A stretch of DNA of 63,779 nt, the filler included, from Collodictyon triciliatum (lineage: Eukaryota), in NCBI GenBank assembly GCA_043381765.1. It is 13 parts of 13 records of this genome, joined end to end, with 100 filler letters (N's around TTAATTAATTAA, not from the genome) between each part and the next. Parts side by side here need not be neighbours in the genome. Positions count along the whole stretch, not along the records: positions 15,148 to 20,092 come from JBHJMP010005617.1; positions 20,193 to 25,136 come from JBHJMP010005618.1; positions 25,237 to 30,186 come from JBHJMP010005619.1; positions 30,287 to 35,230 come from JBHJMP010005620.1; 9 more parts are not named here. One strand, 5' to 3'. This document shows positions 15,561-30,467 of this stretch, piece after piece (the stretch's first letter is position 1; every line of letters begins with the position of its first letter). The notes beneath the pieces are model-generated. The model was not told where the DNA came from. It saw only the letters and a program-made list of their open reading frames with translations, and searched no databases. The position numbers and the translations under genes were made by a program.

Positions 15561-16343
15561 TCTCTCTCTCTCCCACGCGAGTCTGCTACAAAGTCGAACC
15601 TCGTGTTTGCGTTGAACGTGTCGTGCTTCATTCAAGTATGTATCATTATTGTTCAGGAAGGGTGTCTCTCGCACTTTGTTTGAGGCAGGATTTTTTTTAA
15701 CTTTGATAAACACTCTGCGCTGAGCGATCAAGAAAAGAAAAAACATAGAGAAAACAGCTTGGGAAGAGAGCCAAGCTCGGATCATGATTGAATTGTTTCT
15801 GATCGATTCTAACACTTTATTTGAACAGTTATTTATTTGTCCGTGGCTTCAATTATTTCTTTTGTTTTTCGTTCTATTCCTATTTGTTTTGTTTTTTTCT
15901 TCTTTACGATTGCCTTTTGTTATTTTTTTTTTAAGTTGACAATCGTCAGTGGTATTTCATTATTGGGATTCGGTACGGTTTCGTCAGCGTAGGTTTTAAG
16001 AGCGATACACAATCAACGAAGCTGCAATCACGCACTCATCTGGTATCAATTGCGGTTTTTTCGAGTCATAAACAATTTGTTTGTATGTTCCTTTTTGTTA
16101 TCATTTCCCCACTTTATTATTCCTTATTCGTTCCTAAGTGTTGCTTTTTCCCCAGCTCTGTTCTTTCACCCCACTTATACACGTAAACTAAAGCCTTGCA
16201 AAGATAAAGAAAAATATTGCCTCAACTGCTACGTCCTTTCTTTGCTTTATGTAGATGGCACCTAAGCCTATGTATACCAGAGTCGCGCTTCCCTACCTTC
16301 GTTTCTTGTTCTCTGACCTTTCGTCTCATCCTTCCACAGGTTG

Positions 16344-19300
16344 TCATTGGTCAAAACTCCAGCATTCCAAATGAATACAATCAAACTCTGAAGATGATGT
16401 CAGGCATCTGTTGTTGAATGTTTCGCTGTGGCCCGTGCTGCCGTGTTGAAAGTCGGAGTCAAGCCACAGTCCGAAATGATCCCTGGAGCATGAAGCAAGG
16501 GCGATTGTATTATGATGTTGTTAGAGAACTGATAGAAAAAAAATGTTTTTCCCCCTTCATTCGATTCAAAGTGAAGAGATAGAATATGAATAAATAAGAA
16601 GAAATCACACTATTTTGGTTTAAATGTTGCTAGGATAATGGCTGTTCTCATATAATGAATCTTATTTTATATTAAAAAAATTAAAGTATACAATCAAATA
16701 CAAAACAATAGTCAAAGTTCTTTCTCTACGATTGGGGTGAAAGAAAACAAAATACTCGTACCCGCCACCAAGAGCAATAGAATCAGCTTTTGCCATCATA
16801 AAGTAACTATTTTGATGAGTCCAGTGGTACACTTTAAATTCAGGATAAAAAGTAAACAAGAAACTCTCTCCAGTTCCAAAGTAGCGAGAGTGAATGCGCC
16901 AGGACTCCGTCGCAAAAGCACCAAAAATCTACATAAAGTTAATTTAGTCGATCGTTTATAAAAGATTAACTATTCACCATTTGCCTATCAGGCTAACATC
17001 AACCCTCCTTGTTTTCTTGTCGGTATGTTTCCTGGTTCTCTTATCATTCTTGTTGTTTGTTTGTTTGTTTGTTTGTTTGTTTGTTTGTTTGTTTGTTTGT
17101 TTGTTTGTTTGTTTGTTTGTTTGTTTGTTTGTTTGTTTGTTTACTAATCGTTATTTTATTTCCTTACGTTATGGTGTTGGTCCTGTACAACAAGCAGTGT
17201 GGCACCGCAGTTATATGTTTTTTCGTAAAATGTATTCAAACTGATTCCATCCCGAAGAGTACTGTAGACAAGTTTCCAAGGCCGACTTTCAAACCGAAAA
17301 GGAAGAGATGCCCTCAACTAATTTTCAAACCGTTATATCAAGAATCTAACGCGCTTAGGAAAATATATAAGAATTGTGACAAAATTTATTCCTCTGAAGA
17401 ACTCATCATTTTCATTTCTAAAGATACCTTTCTAAAATGTTCTGGACTCAGCATGGCGGATTGCTCGGTGTATTTTTTTAAAAGTTCATCAAATGAAAGT
17501 CCGTGATGTTTCTCTGATTTTTCGCCTGAAGGGGATATCGGTTGGGCTCCGTTCTCTGTAGTAGCTTTCATATGTAGCTTGGTTTCCAATCGAATTAATA
17601 GGTCACTGGTATATATTTAATCATCAAAACTTTGTCTCCAAGAAAAGAAGGAAAGAAGGAGAGAGAAAGATGAGGAAGAAAAAAGGAAAAAAGGAAAAAA
17701 AGGAAAAATTTCTCTTAAGTGGAAAGAGTACATGTAAAACACTACCTCGTTTCTAGAATCATTAAGTGTAATTCGCATCGTTTGGATATAATTCGAAGGT
17801 ATTTCATTCCACCAAATTGTCCCATCTTACGACCTGGAAAGGGCAAAATAGTGGGAGCCAAAAATCTTATCACGTCCGAGAATTCAATTGAAACCTAATG
17901 AAGCAGATTCAAAATCAAGTAAAATGGCCTGCAATATACGATGTGACTTTTTTTTTTATTCTTTTTTACTTTTATTCTTTTTTTTTTTTTATTATTATTT
18001 TATTACGTTTCCTCTGGAAGGAGACCCCTGATAGTCGTCATGTTCTGGCCAATAGCGGATGGTATGGTCATCAATCGATATTTCACCAGGTATCTGGTAA
18101 ATATCCGATGACAAATTTGGGGATAGGAAATCTTGGGAATTGTACATAAGCATTTAGTATATACAAGGATGGAATCTACTTACAACTTCGTCCTTTGTAA
18201 TTAATATAACATTTTCTCTCCAACTCATCGAACTAAGTTCTCTCATCGTCCTAGATTTTTCCATGAGAATATGAAGGAAAAAGGCATTACATTCACACTC
18301 TTGATGAAGAAAATAATTACAGGTGATATTTTATTCATCAAGCAATTTAAAGGAGTAGTTTCAGCTATATTAGGGGAATATATTTATGCGATAAAAAAAA
18401 GTGACTAACCCATCCATGGACAAGCGCTTTTGCTTCATCATGGGATGTTCGATTTCATCCACTTGGTATACAAACAAGGACTGTTCATGGGAGGTGCCAT
18501 GTATTTAGTATTTCATGCTGTATGAAAGCCAGACCTTTTTTTTTTAAAAAAAAAATAATAATAATAATAAATCAACGTTTCACACAGGTATCGTACTTTC
18601 TTTTCGGTTGACATTTGTTTCAGTTGATTGATTTCCATTAGATGAGAGACATCCATCCCGTATAGTAAAGCGACTGATTCTATTGTTTCACCAGGTTGCA
18701 AGTGATGTAAATGCACTTTTCCAGGGAGATCTTTGGTGATAGTAATTAATAAATACATTTTTGTTCTCAATTATCTTTGTATTTTGATAATGAGATATAT
18801 TGTCAATTGACAAATAAGAGGTTGCAAAAGTAGGCACCGTGAGCACCATCAAAAGACGATGAAAAAAATGAATAATATTTTAGTTTGCATAGCAGAAATT
18901 GCAAAAAGCAATGTGGTATATCGTTTGAGAAAATGATTTAGTGCGAATGTGTATAATTTCATAAATGATCCCTGAATATGTATACCTTTATGCTGTCTCA
19001 GTATTTCAAGACACTCATCACTACATTCATCGATATCGAGATGAGGGAATTCCTCGGCTACACAAGGGCCAATATTTATCCATACACGAATATTGTGTAC
19101 TCAAAAAAATGATGATAAGTAGCTTGAAAAATTTCAGAGACAAAAGGAAGCACATGTAAGACGAATATTGATATTCAGAATATGATAATGAATGTGCGGT
19201 TTAAGATGCTTATCGGGGTACCTTTTTTCAGCTGCTCGACAAAGTATTCTTTACTGATTGCAAGCTGCTTCGCGATGTTGGTCAACCATCCACCAACAGC

Positions 19301-19727
19301 TGGAAGGATCTTTTTTTTTTTTCACGATAGTCAAACATGATCTTATAAGCAGTTGAAAAGATGGCCAGCTTGTGGGATGTAGGATTAAAGAGCGAATGAA
19401 GAGATCAACACACAAAACCCACCGAAAAGACGGGACTGCCCAACGAAACGGATGTGTCTGCCTCTTTGGTTGGGGTGCGAACAGGAGGGTGCTTCAAAGC
19501 AGAGGCCGGCACGTTTGGTTGATCGTCCTTTGTAGCATTCGTGTCGATCCAGAATAGTTCTTCTGCCAGCCGCACAAAAGTTAACAGTCAGAACACAGAA
19601 CGAGGCAGACACAGTAAGGAGAATAGTGTTTCAAGAAGTAGAAGAAGAAAAGCTGCCCAATTGAAAAAGCTTTGCTGCCTGAGTAAATCAAAGGGGAGAT
19701 CAAGAGGAAGAACTCACCAGGCTCCAT
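16344..19727 (-). CDS. OXR1: LysM + TLDc domain protein (OXR1/NCOA7-like), multi-exon
   Basis: LysM exon HHLQPGETIESVALLYGMDVSHLMEINQL at ~18600-18720. TLDc exons: FVFTFYPEFKVYHWTHQNSYFMMAKADSIALGGG and DHFGLWLDSDFQHGSTGHSETFNNRCL...LECWSFDQ*. The start (ATGGAGCCTG/gtgagt) is tentative. Confidence 0.85.
16526..16584 (-). mobile_element. Ultra-short A-tailed insertion, intronic, imperfect 12-bp direct repeat
   Basis: Minus strand reads ACTTTGAATCGAATGAAGGGGGAAAAAC. Flanks are GAACTGATAGAA and GAAGAGATAGAA. Confidence 0.6.
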
Positions 19728-20202
19728 CTTATGTCTTGACAAGGAGTAGCCAGGAAAAAGAATAGAGCTTTTCTCTGAAGAATGAGGAGGAAGAAGAAGA
19801 AAAAAGGTGGCGGTGTGTTTCTCGGCTTCTAAACTGCTGGTGCCCTCTGGATAGAAGACGTGGTGGGTTTGTGTTTGGAAAGTTATTGGGACAGTTGCTT
19901 GGCGGAAGCTGGAAAACACTCTTTCAAGCACGATTGTTTTATGTAGTGCGCTGATAATCAATCCGAAAGCACTCATCCGTGGGTCTGAGAAAGAAAGAAA
20001 GAAAAGAAAGAAAAGAAAGAAAAGAAAGAAAAGAAAGAAAAGAAAGAAAAGAAAGAAAAGAAAGAAAAGAAAGAAAAGAAAGAAAAGAAAGANNNNNNNN
20101 NNNNNNNNNNNNNNNNNNNNNNNNNNNNNNNNNNNNTTAATTAATTAANNNNNNNNNNNNNNNNNNNNNNNNNNNNNNNNNNNNNNNNNNNNTGGTTTTT
20201 AG

Positions 20203-22606
20203 GTTGTTGTGAGCATGCTGGATGGCAACTATCGCTTCGAGTTTTATGAATGCTGGAGAGAGCTGAATAAGAACGGATATGACCACAAAGTTGTCTATCT
20301 TGAGTTGGCCAAGGTGATAAAACTCAATTATATATATATCAATAATGAATTTATTTTAATGATATGTACAACAGCAACTGAATCCTGCTGGCTCTGCGCT
20401 GGTCGATTATTTTCAACAAATTCAAGAGAATGCCTTTTTGATTCCGATTCTTGAGCACCGCATTTCTGTTGAGACGGATGAGGGTTAGGTCATATGATTT
20501 CGATTTTTGTGAGTGTTGCTGATTTTTGGTTTGCTTTTATTAGGTTCTAATGGTAGAATTCTGAATTTTCTGGGTATCGTTTACAATAACCTTGGAAAGT
20601 ATGTTTTATTCGATTATGTATATATATTTATCATTAATTGGCTTATTATTTAATAGACATGAGACAGCCCTGGAGTACTACCACAAATCATTGGAAATCC
20701 GACTGAAAGTGTTTGGAGAAGTGCACACTGATGTTGCCGCTTTATATAATAATATTGGAATCGTTTACGATAACCTCGGAAAGTATCTTTTATTCGATGA
20801 TGTATTTATATTTATCATTCATTAACTTATTATTTAATAGACATGACAAAGCACTGGAGTACCACCACAAATCATTGGAAATTACTCTGAAAGTGTTTGG
20901 AGAAGTGCACTCTGATGTCGCCGCTTCATATGGGAATATTGGAAACGTTTACAAGAATCTTGGAAAGTATCTTTTATTTGACTACGTATTTATATTTATC
21001 CTTCATTCATTATTATTTGATAGGAATGACAAAGCCCTGGAATACTATCACAAATCAGTGGAAATTCAACTGAAAGTGTTTGGAGAAGTCCACCCTGACG
21101 TTGCCACCACATATAATAATATTGGACTGGTTTACTATAACCTTGGAAAGTATCTTTATTTGACTACGTATATATGTTTATCCTTTCATTAACTTATTTA
21201 ATAGGAATGATAAAGCTCTGGAGTACTATCACAAATCACTGGAAATTCGACTGAAAGTGTTTGGAGAAGTCCACCCTGATGTCGCCGCTTCATATGGGAA
21301 TATTGGAAGCGTTTACAATGACCTTGGAAAGTATTTTTTATTTGATTTTATTTATGCTTATCTTTTCATTAACTTATCATTTAATAGGTATGACAAAGCT
21401 CTGGATTACTTAAACAAATCATTGGAAATTAAGCTGAAAGTATATGGAAAGAATCACCCTGATGTCGCCGCTACATATAATAATATTGGAGAATCATTTC
21501 GTCGACTTGGAAAGTATATTTTATTTGATAATGTATATTTTATTTGATAATGTATATATTTTTTATCCTTTCATTAACTTATTATTTAATAGGAATGATA
21601 AAGCTCTGGAGTACTACCACAAATCATTGGAAATCCGACTTAAAGTGTTTGGAGAAGTCCACCCTGATGTCGCCACTTCATATAATAATATTGGGATGGT
21701 TTACGATGACCTTGGAAAGTATCTTTTATTTGACTATATATGTTTAAGTTAAACCTTTCATTAACTTATCATTTAATAGGTATGAGAAAGCTCTGGAATA
21801 CTTTCACAAATCAGTGGAAATTCAACTTAAAGTGTTTGGAGAAGTCCACCCTGATGTCGCCGCTTCATATAATAATATTGGGAATGTTTACAATGACCTT
21901 GGAAAGTATCTTTTATTTTATTTGATTGTCTTTATGTTTATCCTTTCGTTAACTTATTATTTAATAGGAATGACAAAGCTCTAGAGTACTACCACAAAGA
22001 CCTTGATATTACGATGAAAGTATATGGAGAGAATCACCCTGATGTCGCCGCTTCATATAATAATATTGGAGCCGTATACAAGAAACTCGGAAAGTATCTT
22101 TTATTTGATTATGTTTATGTGTATCCTTTCGTTAACTTATTATTTAATAGAAATGATAAAGCTCTGGAATACTTTCACAAATCAGTGGAAATTCAACTGA
22201 AAGTATATGGAGAGAATCACCCTGATGTCGCCGCTTTATATAATAATATTGGGATAGTTTACAAGAACCTTGGAAAGTATGTTTTATTTGATTATGTGTT
22301 AATGTTTATCCTTTCGTTAAATCATTATTTGATAGGAATGACAAAGCTCTGGAGTACTACCAAAAATCACTTGAGATTAAGCTGAAGGTGTTTGGAGAAG
22401 TCCACCCTGATGTTGCGATGTCATATGGGAATATTGGTAGCCTACTCATGAACCAGAAGAAATACCAAGAGGCTGTCGACATGTATCAAAAAGCCAACAC
22501 GATATTCAAGACTGTGTATGGCGCAGACCATCCTCATACAAAGCTTTCAGAAAAGCAAATGATGAATGCAATTATGATGGGCGTGCAGATGATGCTGACT
22601 CAATAA
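20203..22606 (+). CDS. NLR-like NACHT-TPR protein, copy A (C-terminal part): nine 126-nt single-TPR exons plus terminal exon
   Basis: Exons at 20657-20782, 20841-20966, 21024-21149, 21205-21330, 21388-21513, 21593-21718, 21780-21905, 21968-22093, 22151-22276 and 22336-22606. Each encodes a 42-aa kinesin-light-chain-type TPR unit (KALEYYHKSLEIxLKVFGEVHPDVAxxYNNIGxVYxxLG). Upstream exons are near-identical to copy B. Confidence 0.92.
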
Positions 22607-23270
22607 GTGGCTCGTCTGTTACCCACCCCATATAAACAACCCATTCATCCACCCATACACCACCCTTTCCACAAAAACAAGTACAAGTGAGTACTATCCC
22701 GATGACGGCCAAACTGAACGAGTGCAGACGACTGCTAGCTTGTTTGCAGGGGCTGGATGAAAAGAATAAAAAAAAACTCAACCAACGTAACCTTTCCAGC
22801 AGTTGCCGATAAACGTGACACATCTCCTGTTTGTTTGATAATCGACCTTGAGTATGTATCACAGGCTAAAAGAATGATTATGTGTTGGTTATCATTGCGC
22901 TACTGAGGCTGTTTGCTTTCATTTGATTCATTCACATTATTTTTTTTTTTCGCTTGGTTAAATCTCGCAATGTCAGCTTCATGGACACAATCTTTTCTTT
23001 TTCTTTTTGCGCCCATGATGATGGTTGGCTGTAATGATACATGCACTCGCTTTGTGTGCCTTTATTCTGTCTTATATTTTATTCGTCGACTTACTTGAAG
23101 GCTGTCGGTATCCTTGACTGACTGCACTGTTGTCTGATGCATATGCAGTTTGATTATTCGCCGAAGTGTTTTGTTGTTTGTTTTGTAAAAGTTTATTGGC
23201 TCCACAGTGCGATTAGTCTCGGTTTTTACATTGACATTCACCTGCTCACTACATTTCTTTTCGTTTACTT
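22607..23270 (+). repeat. 3' flank shared with the second NLR-like gene (reverse complement of ~35690-36336)
   Basis: Long near-identical non-coding sequence, e.g. AGTACAAGTGAGTACTATCCCGATGAC and GGCTCCACAGTGCGATTAG occur in both. Confidence 0.9.
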
Positions 23271-23378
23271 CTTGTTTTCTTCTCTTTTTTTTTCTGTTTC
23301 CTTCTGCTTCTACTTTCTTTCTTCTGTTTTCTTCTCTTTTTTTTGTTTTGTTTTCTTCTCTTCTCTTCTCTTCTCTTT

Positions 23379-23438
<60 letters not shown>

Positions 23439-24986
23439 TTTTATTTCTTTTCTTCTGTTTTTTTTCTGTTTTCTTCTTTCATTATAATCCTTTCAATTTG
23501 CGCAACATAGTGAAGGACTTGGCTTGGATTGCTAACCATCGATTGCATGGACTCTGCTAGGTTGCTATTTGGCCGGTGAAGCAAACTGTAGTCAACAATT
23601 GTTTTATGTGCGTCGGCCTGTAGGCTGATTCTTGTGCTTGCATGAGAGAGGCAAGGTCTATTCTCATTCCTGGTTTTTATTTTGTATAGATTATTCAATA
23701 CCAGGTGTCTACATATGCTTCGCTTCACGTGTATGTATCCCTGGGGGAATAAGCATGCTTGATTAATATCAGTTTGTATATATATCCCTACTAAATCTCA
23801 GTGTGTAGTCTATGGCCAGCTTTGTATCCTTCACTAGGGATAGGCGATCACTGATGCATTATATCCAACAGCGTGCATATAGTGATATGTTTCATAAAGA
23901 GGCACACCGGTTCATTTGTTTAAAATTATTTACATTCCTGTGTATGTCTTTCTCTGTCTTTTATAAGATTACTTTCTTTTCTCTGTATGTCATTCTTGCT
24001 GATTTTATTTTATTGACTTTTTTTCTTTTTTTCCACTCTTTTTTCTTTATTACGAATCACAATATCTACACTCACAAAAGCAAAGTTGTTTCCTCATTAT
24101 CTTTGATATCCCACAAATTTGTTTCCTCATAAGCCTCTTCCAAAAAAAAACTAACGTACTATGCTTAAGTCTCTCAGAATAATAAATCATTTGAAATATC
24201 TTATTGGAGTATGAATACTATTTTGGTAATGCATAGATAACAAATTGGTTTTGTTGCACATGCCCTTGATGCTTAAAGATTATTAGTTGTGTATTGGTCT
24301 TGCTGCTTCATTTGAACGGTACATATCAAGGTTGTCCTCTATCCATTTGCTACTTTTATTTATTTATTTATTTTTTTTTTGCTTACAATAGTAACAGGAT
24401 ATGTTTTTATTCAATCAGAGCAAGCGTCGCTTTCCTACCTGATAATCTTGTAGTAATATGAGCTGTAAAGTGGATCGTATCCCCAGAGAAAGAGACCCAC
24501 ACTATTATTCGTGTAAAGTGTCCTTAACGATTGCACATAAAGCACAATTTTTTTCATAATCAAATTTCTGCTTTCTTTAATGTCGTGTGCTTATATCTTC
24601 ATGGTATGCATATTTTATTGCACTATCGTGTTTTCCCTTTTTTACAACAATATGTATTGTGCACTCAGCCTTGTTTGTTCCATTACGCTGTCTTCAACTT
24701 CATTACGCTTTCTTGAATTGCTTCTGGTCAGTCGATCTCGTTTCCTGATTGTTACCTTGATCTGATGACCTTCTTTTATCGCCTTCCATCGTGCTTTGGC
24801 TCCAATTGTTTCTCATTCAATCTTTCTTACCCTTGTTAAAACACGACCTTCTATAATAAAAAAAAATCAAACAAAATCGATGTATAGACCTTTTCTATAA
24901 CAAAAACTGCGAATGATTTCCTGTCATGAATGACAATCACTACGCCTTTCTTGTCCTTCTCTTTTTTATAAAAAAAAAATGCAGAC

Positions 24987-25037
<51 letters not shown>

Positions 25038-25400
25038 GGGGATAGGTATGATTTTCAAAATATTTCAGTCCTTATTTTCATTTATAATATAATTATGCAT
25101 TCACGATTTTATATATGAATGAATTAAGTAAATTTTNNNNNNNNNNNNNNNNNNNNNNNNNNNNNNNNNNNNNNNNNNNNTTAATTAATTAANNNNNNNN
25201 NNNNNNNNNNNNNNNNNNNNNNNNNNNNNNNNNNNNAAAAAAAAAAAAAAAATTAAAAAAACCCCCCCCCCCCCCCCCCCCCCCCTACATAGATACATTT
25301 TTCTGATTTTTTTATCAGTATCGCCTTATTAAAATCAAGAACTCACTATTTTATTATCATTTTTTTTTATTATATATCAAATACCAAATAAACTTGATAG

Positions 25401-25593
25401 AGAGACATCCCGTAACTCAAGCCGCACAAAAAGTTCGACGCCAACAAAATCACGTACTGCACATAGTCATATCAGTGCATCTTCATCAACTTCATCCTCG
25501 GCAGCCCACTCACAAATCCTCGCCTCTGATGGGTCTGTATTTATCGGAGAACACGAGGAGGACGAAGACGTTATAGTCCGAATCGAAAAGTAA
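25401..25593 (+). CDS. Probable terminal exon of an unidentified Ser-rich protein
   Basis: AG acceptor, then the open frame ETSRNSSRTKSSTPTKSRTAHSHISASSSTSSS...EHEEDEDVIVRIEK*. Confidence 0.35.
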
Positions 25594-26401
25594 GCAAATG
25601 AGTCTTTTTTTTTTTTTTTTTTTTGTTTGCTTTGTATTAGGTAGAAATATACTCTACGTCTCTGCCTCAATTCCTTAGAGATAATCGCAGAAAAGGAAAC
25701 CAGAAAATAATCCAACAAAGCAAAATACAAATACATATCAACTGGTTGGTTAGAATATCAGGCCTTTGGTCATCTATCCAGATTATGGTAGTGGATTAAT
25801 ATTATATTATTACAAACAAAAGGGCAATGCTAACCAACAAAGACCGAGCGAGTAAATCAGGTCGACTTCGGTGGGGCCCTGCAGCGGGTTTGTCTTAAAG
25901 CATATCCATAGACTTTTCACAGTTTGGTTATGCTGTTATGTGAGTTGGTACTATTCTGTGTTGAATTTTAATGCAAAAATTCTTTTCATTATACATGTTT
26001 TTTTTTTTAATTTTTATTCTATTATGCGCAGGTAATTAGATTTCACTCTGGTTATATATGATGGTCATTCCATAGAACCATAGTGAAGACGATGAGTAAA
26101 GACAGTCACCATATTTCGTATTTTTCTTTTCTTTTTTTCTTTCTTTGTCAATTTACACATACACATTCACTCCAGTTCCGAAAAACAAAGCAAAACACAT
26201 CATCTGAGTTTGGTTCTGTGCATAAATATAAAAAAAACCATGAGAGTGAGAGGAAAGCCTCATGCTTGTTTATTGGTGATAAAAGATAAGCAGAGATATA
26301 CAGAGGTGTATATCTAGCTTGAGGAAATGGCGTGTAGGCAATTAAACCAGCGTAACAATCAGAACCGTTGAAAAGAATGTATATAGATACGTATGTAATT
26401 T

Positions 26402-29250
<2,849 letters not shown>

Positions 29251-30286
29251 GCTATGTTATTTTCCAGACCAGTTGCTACAGAGCAAACAGCGCCCTTAAT
29301 CGCCCCACACAGCAAACACCCACAGATCTGCTTCAAAAACAATGATACGCACTTTTATCCACGAAAAAAAAAAAAAGAAGTTTTCAAGGAGAGCGACGAA
29401 AGAAAAAAAGAAAAAAGAAAAAAGAAAAAAGAAAAAAGAAAAAAGAAAAAAGAAAAAAGAACAGAAAAAGAAGATAAAAGAAAAAGAAAGATAATAATGG
29501 TGTTTATATCTCAATTATAGAACTGATCCCCCTTTGCCCTTGCTCGCAGATGGACTAAACAAGAGCCCCTGCTCAAACACGCTGCAGAACAAGACACGCC
29601 CGATCCGCTCGCAATGACACAGATTTGCGCGAAAGAGTCACGACAAATTCCGCATCAGGATTTTGGTTATCATACCAAATTTAGGGATGGAATCTCGTGT
29701 AATGATACCAAAAATGAATTTCTGCTTTAAAAATACGTATGATTGTACAAAAATAAATTGATTGATATTATATTTATCTAACCATATAGAATAGGATATC
29801 ATAAATAAATAAATAAAATATTAAAGAAGGAGAGAAGCTTCATCACCCATATATATGATGCTGCAGTGGCTTTCCAGTCGAAAATAAACATTGAATGAAA
29901 ACATTTTCTAAATGGTTTCGTTTCTTTCATTTCTACGATATTGTTTTCTTTTCTTTTGCCCGAAAGAAGCATTCAGTAAATCTTGCATATTTCAAAGTAA
30001 GCGATGCAGAAAACCGTGGTGTGGCGAGAATAATAGAGAGACATAAAGGAGTTGAGACACGAAGGCATCAGGATGTGAAGAAAATGGGACTCTGCTAGGT
30101 GGTAAGTCACATCAATAGTAGCTCCACTCCTCCGGCGGGTAAGGCCCAACTTCTTTCAATATTCTACACAAGTCGCGCAGGTAAAGNNNNNNNNNNNNNN
30201 NNNNNNNNNNNNNNNNNNNNNNNNNNNNNNTTAATTAATTAANNNNNNNNNNNNNNNNNNNNNNNNNNNNNNNNNNNNNNNNNNNN

Positions 30287-30334
<48 letters not shown>

Positions 30335-30352
30335 TTTTGTTTTTGTTGTTGT

Positions 30353-30393
<41 letters not shown>

Positions 30394-30467
30394 GTCCTCT
30401 TCACCACAAAGTATAAAGGCCTAGTCTTTTGGCTATTTAATTAATTGTTTTTAATTTAAAAAGAACC

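Noticed and set aside
20657-22336. CRISPR-like repeat/spacer array
   Set aside because: The units are protein-coding TPR exons separated by GT-AG introns that are homologous to each other. There are no cas genes and the DNA is eukaryotic.
23550-24850. Possible minus-strand exons downstream of TPR copy A
   Set aside because: Short open segments exist, but I could not build a consistent spliced frame or recognise a family.
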